A stretch of DNA of 64,000 bases from NCBI RefSeq assembly GCF_035510375.1, contig NZ_DATKHG010000023.1, one strand, 5' to 3'. A program made the translations under genes and the position numbers. Positions 19,350 through 27,920 of this stretch are shown here, piece after piece. A model generated the notes under the pieces. The model saw nothing but the letters and a program-made list of their open reading frames with translations. It had not been told where the DNA came from and searched no databases. Origin of the DNA: Paenibacillus sp. (GTDB lineage Bacteria > Bacillota > Bacilli > Paenibacillales > Paenibacillaceae). Positions within the stretch are counted from its first letter, which is position 1. Each line of letters starts with the position of its first letter.

Positions 19350-19595
19350 ATGCGTACCCCGATACAGTTAAAAAGGAATTTCAAGCGATTGCCGAGCGTG
19401 AAGGGGAAGAGGATCGGGAGGATAGTTGTCTTTGAACAGATATTTACTGGATACGAGCGTCTAGTGAAGATCAGTAAGTTTATTGATGTTGCAGATGAAG
19501 TAATTACTATAGATCGCGATATCGCTCGTTTAGCAGGGGAGATACGATCCTTTTTTCAGCTTGAGCGGAGAAAACCGAAAGGACCGTCAGGGTGA
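19350..19595 (+). CDS. Small hypothetical protein (81 aa); faint resemblance to the C-terminal part of a PIN-type toxin
   Basis: Directly abuts the upstream ORF. Has an ...ITIDRDIARLAGEIR... segment. The terminator hairpin overlaps its stop codon. Confidence 0.35.
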   Translation: MRTPIQLKRNFKRLPSVKGKRIGRIVVFEQIFTGYERLVKISKFIDVADEVITIDRDIARLAGEIRSFFQLERRKPKGPSG

Positions 19596-19620
19596 ATCTC
19601 TCTCCCTGACGGTTTTTCTT
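19584..19620 (+). terminator. Intrinsic terminator
   Basis: CCGTCAGGG-11 nt-CCCTGACGG followed by TTTTTCTT. Confidence 0.8.
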
Positions 19621-19766
19621 ACCTGACGATTTTCCATAAACAAAATTACAACATACAAATACGCGAGTGGAATCATGATAGCGATTATATCGATTACAGT
19701 GGGTGGTGCGCCGCTGGAAGTATTGAAAACATACATCGAAAATCAAGGGAAGGAGGTGAAAACAAC

Positions 19767-20096
19767 ATGATCCGATGTGTCAAAACGGCGTTTCAAACAT
19801 CGAAAGCCAATCTGGAGCGGCTGTTTGCGTGCAACCGTATTTCCGCACAAATTTGGAACGAGTGCCTAACCATCGCGAAAGACTATTCCTTGCAGCAAAA
19901 CGGCAAATGGATTGGCAAAACGGAGCTTCAAGCCGCATTAAAACATCGGTTTCCATTGCATTCACAGTCGGTGCAGGCAGTCTGCCATAAATATTTGTTT
20001 GCCAGAGACAGTGCCAGACAAGCGAATAACCAAGGTCTGGCTACCAAAAACCCGTACAAGAATAAGAAACGCTTCCTCGCTATAGCTCGTGCCTGA
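19767..20096 (+). pseudogene. tnpB: 3'-truncated IS200/IS605-family TnpB (OrfB, RNA-guided nuclease family); N-terminal ~100 aa only
   Basis: The N-terminal pattern (...[24 protein letters not shown]...NPYKNKKRF) is as I recall for TnpB/IS1341-type proteins. The reading frame breaks off where ISL3-element sequence begins. No RuvC domain or omega-RNA region is present. Confidence 0.55.
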
Positions 20097-21567
20097 AGTC
20101 TGCCTGATAGAGGTCTTGTCCATACTGCCAAGTAAGAATACTTACAAGGTGGTAATGATAATGTGGACCTCATTAAGCAGCAACGACAATTTGATTTCAG
20201 AAATGTTTAAGGTCGCGTTACAGCTTGAAGAACCGTGGAAGCTGACGCATATTGAGTTTGACGAAGCGGGCCAGGCATGGCATCTGTTCATTGATTTTGA
20301 GCGAGGTGCAACGTTCCCCTGCCCGTTGTGCGGCAGAGCTTGCAAAGCCTACGATGCAGAAGTGAAGAAATGGCGGCATCTGGACTTCTGGGACTGGAAA
20401 ACCTACATGCATGCTCGTGTGCCGCGAACCCGGTGCGAGTCCTGTAAGAAAGTAACACAAGTGCCGGTCAAATGGTCACGGCCGTTATCTCATTTCACGT
20501 GTCATTTTGAAGCGTGGGCCATGCGTCTGATGGCCGAGATGCCGGTAAACGCCGCAGCCCGTGAACTGCGTGAGCACGATACGCGGATGTGGCGGATCTT
20601 TCACTACTACGTCGATAAAGCAATGGCGGAGCTTGATCTGACAGGCGTGAAGCGAGTTGCGATCGATGAAACCTCGTCACGACGCGGGCATCGCTACATT
20701 ACGCTATTTGTTGATGTCGATACCAAGACGGTTTTGTTCGCCACAGAGGGCAAAGGAAAGGATACCCTCGAGCGCTTTCGCGCCTACTTAACGGCTAAGG
20801 GAGCGACGGCGGAGCAAGTCGAAGAAGTCTGCTGTGACATGTCCCCTGCCTTCATTCGGGGTGTCGAAGACTACTTTCCTCAAGCGGAGATCACCTTCGA
20901 TAAATTCCATGTCATGAAGATGGTCAACGAAGCCGTCGATGAGGTGCGCATCCAGGAGCAGAAAAAAGCGCCGGAGCTCAAGCATACCAAGTATATCTGG
21001 CTCAAGAACAAAACGAATCTCAAGGACGAGCAGAAAGCAACGCTCGAGAAGCTGAGTGAGAGTAACCTCCAGACCGGAAGAGCCTACCGGCTAAAGCTGG
21101 CGATGCAGGATCTGTGGACGACGAAACACATCTTCGCAGACCTCTACCTGCGTGAGTGGATCGGTTGGGCGACGCGATCACAACTGGATCCCATGGTTCG
21201 CTTGGGGAAGACGATTAAACAGCATGAGGAAGGCATTCTGAGATGGTTTCACAGCAAAATGACCAACGGTTTGCTTGAAGGCATAAATGGACTTGTCCAA
21301 GCGGCTAAACGCCGAGCACGGGGTTACCGCAACGTGGAAAACTTAATCGCCATGGTCTATATGACCGCTAACAAGTTAAGACTGCCTACGCTCGGGGCAC
21401 GCCGAGCACAATAACCCCTTGCCGCCTTGTGACCCCGCCTCATGGGCAAAAGGAGCGGTCAAGCGCTTTCCTTGAGGGCTTCTTTTGCCTATGAGATTCT
21501 GCAAGCAAGCGGAAGGGGTTAGCATTCTATGGAAGTGGCAGTTACCCACCCAGTAGCGCGAAGAGCC
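20075..21567 (+). mobile_element. ISL3-family insertion sequence (right end defined, left end approximate or degenerate)
   Basis: Single DDE transposase. The right terminus reads ...CGCGAAGAGCC (reverse complement GGCTCTTCGCG, an ISL3-like end). No convincing matching left inverted repeat or 8-bp direct repeat found. Confidence 0.6.
20155..21414 (+). CDS. ISL3-family transposase
   Basis: N-terminal zinc-finger (CPLCGRAC...CESC), a DDE_Tnp_ISL3-like body (VAIDETSSRRGHRYITLFVD...CCDMSPAFI...FDKFHV) and C-terminal GLLEGINGLVQAAKRRARGYRN. Confidence 0.9.
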   Translation: MIMWTSLSSNDNLISEMFKVALQLEEPWKLTHIEFDEAGQAWHLFIDFERGATFPCPLCGRACKAYDAEVKKWRHLDFWDWKTYMHARVPRTRCESCKKVTQVPVKWSRPLSHFTCHFEAWAMRLMAEMPVNAAARELREHDTRMWRIFHYYVDKAMAELDLTGVKRVAIDETSSRRGHRYITLFVDVDTKTVLFATEGKGKDTLERFRAYLTAKGATAEQVEEVCCDMSPAFIRGVEDYFPQAEITFDKFHVMKMVNEAVDEVRIQEQKKAPELKHTKYIWLKNKTNLKDEQKATLEKLSESNLQTGRAYRLKLAMQDLWTTKHIFADLYLREWIGWATRSQLDPMVRLGKTIKQHEEGILRWFHSKMTNGLLEGINGLVQAAKRRARGYRNVENLIAMVYMTANKLRLPTLGARRAQ

Positions 21568-21578
21568 AAGAAAAGGAC

Positions 21579-23252
21579 TTGGATGTTGACTTGCTGATGG
21601 TCGTCGCTGCAATCGGTGCGGCGAGTATCGGTTTTTGGATGGACGGGGCCATTCTTATCTTTATTTTTTCATTAAGCGGTGCGCTCGAAGGATACACGAT
21701 GGAGAAAACCAACAAGGACATTCAGTCCATTATGAAGCTTCGTCCGGAAGAAGCTGTCGTGATCCGCGGGAATGAAGAACAAAAGGTGAAGGTCGATCAT
21801 CTTCAAAAAGGGGATTTGGTGCTTGTCAGACCCGGTGAACGTATTCCGGCTGACGGCGTTGTGCACGAAGGGCAATCCGCCGTTGACCAGGCGTCGATTA
21901 CAGGCGAGTCGATTCCTGTAGACAAAGTAAAAGGTGACGATGTTTTTGCAGGAACGATCAACGGGCAGGGGGCCCTGAAAATAGAAGTGACCAAACCGGC
22001 AGAGGAAATGCTGCTGTCCCGAATCATTCACCTGGTTCAGGAAGCGAAAAACGAAATGCCTCCGAGTCAATTATTTGTCGAGCGATTTGAACGTATTTAC
22101 GCCAAAATCGTGGTGGTCGCAGCCGTCCTGCTCATGGTCCTTCCGCCGTATATATTGAATTGGACCTGGAGCGAAACCATTTATCGGGCCATGATTTTTC
22201 TCGTTGTAGCTTCGCCTTGCGCACTTGTCTCTTCCATCATGCCTGCGATTTTGTCCGGTATCTCCAATGCGGCGCGAAAAGGACTTTTATTTAAAGGCGG
22301 GGTGCATCTCGAAAATATTGGGTATATCAAAGCAGTTGCTTTTGATAAAACGGGAACATTGACTGAAGGCAAGCCCAAAGTGACGGATATGATTCCTTTC
22401 CAGGATTACACGGAAGATAAATTGCTCCGGCTGGCCGCTTCACTGGAGTCGTTATCCGAACACCCGATCGCGAAGGCGATTGTGCAAACGGCGAAAGAGA
22501 AGCAGATTCCATTAGATCAAGCGAGCCAATTGCAAGCAGTTCCGGGGTTAGGCGTTCACGGGTTGGTAAACGGACTTGAATGCCGTGTTGGCAAGATGGA
22601 GCTGCTTCGCAGTCTGCATGTATCTTCAGAGCAAAAAGGCTTGGTCAAGGAATTGGAGCTGCAAGGGAAAACGGTCATATTTATAGAAGCGAGTCATCAG
22701 CTCGTCGGAATGCTTGCCATCCAGGATACGATTCGCCCGAACGCCAAGCAAGCCGTGGATGCTTTGAAACGAATGGGGATCAAGGTGGCCATGTTGACCG
22801 GTGACAGTGAATCAACGGCAAAAGCGATTGGACAGCAAGCCGGTGTGGATGAAGTATATGCCGAACTTTTGCCGGAACATAAGGTAGAGATCGTTAAGAA
22901 ACTGGCGGCAAAATACGGTAAAGTGGCGATGGTCGGAGACGGAGTCAACGATGCGCCGGCATTGGCGACAGCCTCCGTTGGGATTGCCATGGGGGCAGCC
23001 GGTACGGATGTTGCTCTGGAAACCGCAAATGTTTTGCTGATGGCGGATGATATCTCCAAGATCCCGTACGCCATCTCGCTCGGTCGTCGAACCAGTCGAG
23101 TCATAAAGCAAAACGTGTCGTTTGCTATTGCGGTCGTCGTGATCCTTGTAGCACTGAATTTTGTTGGAGATATTAATTTGCCGTCGGGTGTCATCGGTCA
23201 TGAAGGAAGCACCTTGGCGGTGATATTGAGCGGTTTGCGACTGTTGCGATAA
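21579..23252 (+). CDS. P1B-type heavy-metal ATPase with SPC / HEGST transmembrane motifs (P1B-4-like, Co/Zn class); N-terminus possibly truncated by the IS
   Basis: Motifs: TGES, SPC in the TM helix (VVASPCALV), DKTGTLT, GDGVNDAPAL, HEGSTLAV. The ORF begins (TTG) 11 nt after the IS end with no good RBS. No metal-binding domain. Confidence 0.8.
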   Translation: MDVDLLMVVAAIGAASIGFWMDGAILIFIFSLSGALEGYTMEKTNKDIQSIMKLRPEEAVVIRGNEEQKVKVDHLQKGDLVLVRPGERIPADGVVHEGQSAVDQASITGESIPVDKVKGDDVFAGTINGQGALKIEVTKPAEEMLLSRIIHLVQEAKNEMPPSQLFVERFERIYAKIVVVAAVLLMVLPPYILNWTWSETIYRAMIFLVVASPCALVSSIMPAILSGISNAARKGLLFKGGVHLENIGYIKAVAFDKTGTLTEGKPKVTDMIPFQDYTEDKLLRLAASLESLSEHPIAKAIVQTAKEKQIPLDQASQLQAVPGLGVHGLVNGLECRVGKMELLRSLHVSSEQKGLVKELELQGKTVIFIEASHQLVGMLAIQDTIRPNAKQAVDALKRMGIKVAMLTGDSESTAKAIGQQAGVDEVYAELLPEHKVEIVKKLAAKYGKVAMVGDGVNDAPALATASVGIAMGAAGTDVALETANVLLMADDISKIPYAISLGRRTSRVIKQNVSFAIAVVVILVALNFVGDINLPSGVIGHEGSTLAVILSGLRLLR

Positions 23253-23272
23253 CGTTTGGGAGTGAAATCAGT

Positions 23273-25027
23273 TTGTCTAATCTGAAGGTATATTTCAAAT
23301 TTGTAAAACCATATTGGTTTCTCGTACTCATTACTGTTATGATCGGCATCGTGAAATTTAGTATTCCCTTAACGTTGCCGATGGTAATGAAGTATGTCGT
23401 GGACGACTTGCTGTTAAGCCCGCTTTCGCCAGGACAAAAGATTGTCAGGCTCCTTTATGTAATTGGTGCAATGTTTGGGTTATTTGTAGTGATCCGGTAC
23501 CCGATCGAATACTACCGTCAATATTTTGCTCAATTGATAACCAACCGAATTTTATTTGATATTCGAAACCGGTTATATGATCATATTCAGAAGCTCTCCT
23601 TGCGGTATTATCAGAATCATAAAGTGGGAGAAGTTATTTCCCGCATGATGAACGACGTGGAACAGACGAAAAGTTTAGTGGAAACGGGTATGATGAATAT
23701 TTGGCTGGATATCATTACCCTCACTCTTGCTTTAGGAATTATGTACTACATGGATTTCTCATTAACGCTTGTTTCCATCGCCATCCTTCCGTTTTACGCA
23801 ATTGCCGTTAAGAAGTTGTATAAGAAACTAAAATCATTGACTAAACAGCGTTCCCAATCCCTTGCTGACATGCAGGCATATTTGTACGAACGGGTTAATG
23901 GCATCCCGGTGATCAAAAGTTTTGCATTAGAGAATCATGAAAAAGGGCAATTCGGCAGAAAAAACCAGCATTTTCTGGACCGGGCATTAGCTCATACTAA
24001 ATGGAACGCTCTAACGAACGGCACTATCAATACGTTAACGGATATTGCTCCGCTCATGGTTATTGCTTATGGCGGATACGAGGTTATCAATGGAAATTTG
24101 ACCGTAGGTTCCTTTGTTGCGTTTTTCGGGTTCCTGGACCGGCTATACAGTCCTCTCCGCCGACTGGTTAATTCATCGACAGAATTGACTCAAGCAACTG
24201 CATCGTTGGAACGTGTACTCGAATTTTTGCGAGAGCCTTATGATATTGTAGATTCTTCTGATGCCCGCTCCGTAAGTAAAGTAAGCGGCAGGATTCAATT
24301 TCATGATGTGTGGTTTCGGTATGGAGAGGATTCGGAATGGGTGTTGAAAAATATTCACTTCACGATCCAACCCGGAGAAACCGTGGCCCTTGTCGGAATG
24401 AGCGGCGGAGGGAAATCCTCCATGATCAGTCTGATCCCTCGTTTTTACGATATCCAAAGAGGAGTCATTTCCATTGATGATTATGACATTCGGGACATGA
24501 CGTTAAAGAGTTTAAGAAATCAAATTGGGATTGTTTTGCAAGATAATATTTTATTTAGCGGGACGATTCGTGAAAATATTTTATTTGGAAGACCTGATGC
24601 GACAGAGGAAGAAGTGGTCGAGGCAGCGAAAGCGGCTAATGCGCACACATTTATCACAAATTTGCCTTTCGGCTATGATACGGAGATTGGGGAGCGCGGA
24701 GTCAAGCTTTCCGGAGGACAAAAACAGAGAATTGCTATCGCCCGTGTCTTCCTTAAAAACCCCGATATCATTATTTTGGATGAGGCGACCTCAGCCCTTG
24801 ACCTGGAATCTGAGCATTTAATTCAGGAATCGCTTGAAAGATTGGCCAAATATCGAACAACAATAGTCATTGCGCATCGTCTCTCCACCATTACTCATGC
24901 GGATAGAATTATTTTGATTGCTCATGGTGAAATAATGGAACAAGGCACCCATGTGGAACTCATGCAAAATGGCGGAGCCTATACACGGTTATTTAATATA
25001 CAGAATATTAAAGAGCCAGCAATATAG
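23273..25027 (+). CDS. ABC exporter, fused permease-ATPase half-transporter (MsbA/multidrug-type)
   Basis: Six-TM domain followed by Walker A (GMSGGGKSS), the signature LSGGQKQR and Walker B (IILDEATSALD). TTG start with GGGAG RBS. Confidence 0.9.
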   Translation: MSNLKVYFKFVKPYWFLVLITVMIGIVKFSIPLTLPMVMKYVVDDLLLSPLSPGQKIVRLLYVIGAMFGLFVVIRYPIEYYRQYFAQLITNRILFDIRNRLYDHIQKLSLRYYQNHKVGEVISRMMNDVEQTKSLVETGMMNIWLDIITLTLALGIMYYMDFSLTLVSIAILPFYAIAVKKLYKKLKSLTKQRSQSLADMQAYLYERVNGIPVIKSFALENHEKGQFGRKNQHFLDRALAHTKWNALTNGTINTLTDIAPLMVIAYGGYEVINGNLTVGSFVAFFGFLDRLYSPLRRLVNSSTELTQATASLERVLEFLREPYDIVDSSDARSVSKVSGRIQFHDVWFRYGEDSEWVLKNIHFTIQPGETVALVGMSGGGKSSMISLIPRFYDIQRGVISIDDYDIRDMTLKSLRNQIGIVLQDNILFSGTIRENILFGRPDATEEEVVEAAKAANAHTFITNLPFGYDTEIGERGVKLSGGQKQRIAIARVFLKNPDIIILDEATSALDLESEHLIQESLERLAKYRTTIVIAHRLSTITHADRIILIAHGEIMEQGTHVELMQNGGAYTRLFNIQNIKEPAI

Positions 25028-25276
25028 TGTAGTATTTAACCGGATTGTTAAAAGTAGCACTGTTCACCTTTCGGATGGAGCTGAAAGGCAAGTACGAGAC
25101 GGGTGTTCCGTTTTGGAGGGTGAGTGTCGGAAATTGATTGATAATGAAAATGCCAATTATTGGAGGCTGGCACCGGGGGGACAGTAAAAGGTCACAAATG
25201 AGGTGAAAAAGTTATCAGTCAGAGGCAGACGACAATGTCACCAAATCAGTGGTAATATTGTAGTGTGAAAGAATGC

Positions 25277-25320
25277 AGACAGGCCGACCGGCATCCCCGG
25301 AACCGCCTGTCTTTTTTATT
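25277..25320 (+). terminator. Intrinsic terminator in the 345-nt non-coding gap before the conjugation genes
   Basis: AGACAGGC-20 nt-GCCTGTCT followed by TTTTTTATTT. Lies inside the ORF-track extension of the next gene, so that gene is trimmed to ATG 25373. Confidence 0.8.
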
Positions 25321-25372
25321 TCCGGGAGTATCGGTCGATCAAAGCGTCCCGGTGCTCCGATGGAAAGGGGAG

Positions 25373-27727
25373 ATGTGGAACGAAAACGTGGCACAACAAC
25401 CGAATCCAGGTACGGAGGGAGGGAGCGGCGTGCGCTCTTTTTGGTTTCCGCGCTGGTGTGAACCGGGTTGCGGCAAGCACAAGCAGACCCTTTGGTTCGA
25501 AGTGATGCCCTCCCTCGACGCTTCGCAGATGGACTTCGCCAAATCGGCTCGTTTTGCCAAGCATATCAGCCAGCTCGGCCATCCCAGGTTCAAGCGTCTT
25601 CGGTACGGACAGATCTATTTTCGTTTCCTGATCCAGTGTGCAGGACCTGCTGGTCACGTACGATTATACTTCTCTGTCCCCGACATTCGCTGGATGGGAT
25701 TTCGCACGGGCTTTCAGACACAGGTGTTCGGGATCTACTTGCTTCCTGCTGAAGCGCCTGTGTTCGCCGCTGGTTCGGTCAAAAACGTGATCGTTGCCGA
25801 AGGACGTCCTGCGTATAAGGGCGCGCTGTCTATCGCTGCGTTTCATCCGGCGGGCAAAGACCCGGTAAACGAAATGATTGCGGCGATGGGAGCAGGCGAG
25901 CTCAAGGCGGGCGAGGAGGTATGGCTGGAGCTGGCGTTTGCGCCGGCGGGCAAGCGCCTCTTGCAGCGCCGCATCCGTAAAGCGGAAGCATGGCTGCGCT
26001 CCCCGGCAACCGAGCCGGTATCGCTTCAAGCCATCTGGCGCGAGATGCAAATGAATCAAAGGGAGAAACCCCGGCCTCGAGAGTTAACTACCTACCAGCA
26101 AAACGTCATGCGTTCCTTGCAGGGAAAGCATGACGAAGATGAAATCGGGCTGTGGACGGGCTTTCGCGTGCTCATTCGTTCCCATGCGGCCAAAGCAAGG
26201 CTGCACACGATGAACGACATGCTGCAATCAATGCGCAGCGGCAACGGCATTGTGCTGCGCCCTGTTCGGGGAAAAAAAGCTGATCTCGCGCCTGGCACGC
26301 CGTCGAAGAAACTGCTGTTTACTTCGGAGGAACTCGGCTACTGGCTGCGCATTCCCGCTTTTGGCGATTCGGCCGCCGCGCATATGGAGAGAATGCATGC
26401 GAAAATCATCCCGGCTCCGGAAGGGCTGAATAACGGAATATATATCGGGAAAAGCAACGTGCCGGGCGTGGACAAGGTAATCCGCATGCAGGTGAATCAG
26501 ATGCTCAAGCATGCGTTTCTCGCCGGAACGACCGGATCGGGCAAAACGTCGACGCTGCTTTCCATCATGACGAAAATGGTGGACGATTTGGAGCGTTTGC
26601 CGGGCGCAGCGCCTGGCTTTACGTTTCTGGATCCGCACGGCGGAGCGATTGAAACGTTGCTCAGCTATATCCCCAAAAGTCTGTACCCTAAGCTTCATAT
26701 CATCCCGCTCGGGCATACCGAACGGCCGCGGGGCTTCAACTTGTTTCAAGACGCTCATGCGGATATGCGGGAAAGCCTGACGGGGGAATTCGTTACGACG
26801 CTGCAGCAGCTGTTTCCGGGTTCGCGGCCAAGGGCAGAGCACTATTTGCGAAATGCCGTGCTCAGCTTATTATCCGTGCCGCCGCAAACGGTGCTCGGCA
26901 TCGTCGATATCTTCTTTAATGAGACGTACCGCAGGAAACTGCTGCCGAGACTGGATGTGCATTTACGGCACTTTTGGACGGATGAGTTTGCGCAAATCAA
27001 AAATGTCGGCGAGCATCTCGGCCCGATTTTGAACAAACTCGGCGCTCTGACTACGTATCCTACATCTCGGCGGATGCTTGGCCAGCTCCACAGTAGCATC
27101 AACACGAGGCAAGTGATGGACGACGGTCATATCGTGCTAATCGACGGCTCCGGCTGTGTGCCGGATTTGCTGAAGATTTTAGCAAGCTTGTTTTTCATCG
27201 ATTACCATTTCACCTGCCGCAAACGGCCGCAGCATAAGTCCAGGGCGCACTTCTTTTTTGCCGATGAGTGCCATTTATTCGCGACAGACATTTTGACGAA
27301 AATACTGGCCGAGGATCGCAAGTTTGGCTTGTCGCTGTTTTTGGCCACGCAGTATTTGTCACAATTGTCCGACCGCATTTTGGAGGCGATTCTCGGCAAC
27401 GTCGGCACGCTCATGCTGTTGCAGCTTGGCGGGCCGGATGCGGATAAGCTGTCGCGCTGGCTCAAACCGCTCGTCACGAACGCCGACTTGATGAATCTGG
27501 CCGAGCTTCATGCCATCGTACGCACGAAAGGTCAAGAGGGAAGGTTGGAGCTGTTTACGGTCAAAAACGACATCGTCCCGATCCGGCATGAACCTTGGAT
27601 CGAAGAAGCGTGGGCCTATTCCGACGCTCAAGACGGACGATCGATAGAATCGGTCGAAAAAGAGATGACGGTGGGGGAAGGCCCAGGTTCGCCCTTGAAC
27701 GGATGGCGGCGTCAGGATCCGGATTAG
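25373..27727 (+). CDS. VirD4/TraD-like type IV coupling ATPase (no obvious N-terminal TM segment)
   Basis: Walker A (FLAGTTGSGKTS), FLDPHGG, Walker B (FFFADECHLF) and RKFGLSLFLATQYLSQL, as in T4CP/TraD proteins. Confidence 0.75.
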   Translation: MWNENVAQQPNPGTEGGSGVRSFWFPRWCEPGCGKHKQTLWFEVMPSLDASQMDFAKSARFAKHISQLGHPRFKRLRYGQIYFRFLIQCAGPAGHVRLYFSVPDIRWMGFRTGFQTQVFGIYLLPAEAPVFAAGSVKNVIVAEGRPAYKGALSIAAFHPAGKDPVNEMIAAMGAGELKAGEEVWLELAFAPAGKRLLQRRIRKAEAWLRSPATEPVSLQAIWREMQMNQREKPRPRELTTYQQNVMRSLQGKHDEDEIGLWTGFRVLIRSHAAKARLHTMNDMLQSMRSGNGIVLRPVRGKKADLAPGTPSKKLLFTSEELGYWLRIPAFGDSAAAHMERMHAKIIPAPEGLNNGIYIGKSNVPGVDKVIRMQVNQMLKHAFLAGTTGSGKTSTLLSIMTKMVDDLERLPGAAPGFTFLDPHGGAIETLLSYIPKSLYPKLHIIPLGHTERPRGFNLFQDAHADMRESLTGEFVTTLQQLFPGSRPRAEHYLRNAVLSLLSVPPQTVLGIVDIFFNETYRRKLLPRLDVHLRHFWTDEFAQIKNVGEHLGPILNKLGALTTYPTSRRMLGQLHSSINTRQVMDDGHIVLIDGSGCVPDLLKILASLFFIDYHFTCRKRPQHKSRAHFFFADECHLFATDILTKILAEDRKFGLSLFLATQYLSQLSDRILEAILGNVGTLMLLQLGGPDADKLSRWLKPLVTNADLMNLAELHAIVRTKGQEGRLELFTVKNDIVPIRHEPWIEEAWAYSDAQDGRSIESVEKEMTVGEGPGSPLNGWRRQDPD

Positions 27728-27743
27728 CCGGTGGAGGCCGCAC

Positions 27744-27791
27744 AAAGACTGAGACAAAGACAGAGATGAAGTCTGAGATAAAGACTGAGAT
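27744..27791 (+). repeat. Four tandem 12-bp repeats (AAAGACTGAGAC / AAAGACAGAGAT / GAAGTCTGAGAT / AAAGACTGAGAT)
   Basis: Read directly from the sequence. Located in the intergenic region between the coupling ATPase and the Replic_Relax gene. Followed by hairpin AAAGCGG-6 nt-CCGCTTT at 27809-27828. Confidence 0.9.
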
Positions 27792-27920
27792 AATCGACGC
27801 GGTCGTAAAAAGCGGCACAAACCGCTTTCTGACGCATTCAGCGCTCCTGCGCAAATCCGGACTTACTCACATCTGCGCGAGTCGCCGCAAATAACGAATG
27901 AAGGGAGGAAACAAAACCGC

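Noticed and set aside
25265-25372. Upstream GTG start given by the ORF track for the coupling ATPase
   Set aside because: The extension contains a strong intrinsic terminator (25277-25320) and has no RBS, so the start was moved to ATG 25373.
27744-27791. Considered whether the tandem repeats were a CRISPR array
   Set aside because: The units are only 12 bp, lie directly adjacent without spacers, and no cas genes are present. An iteron or operator reading is more sensible.
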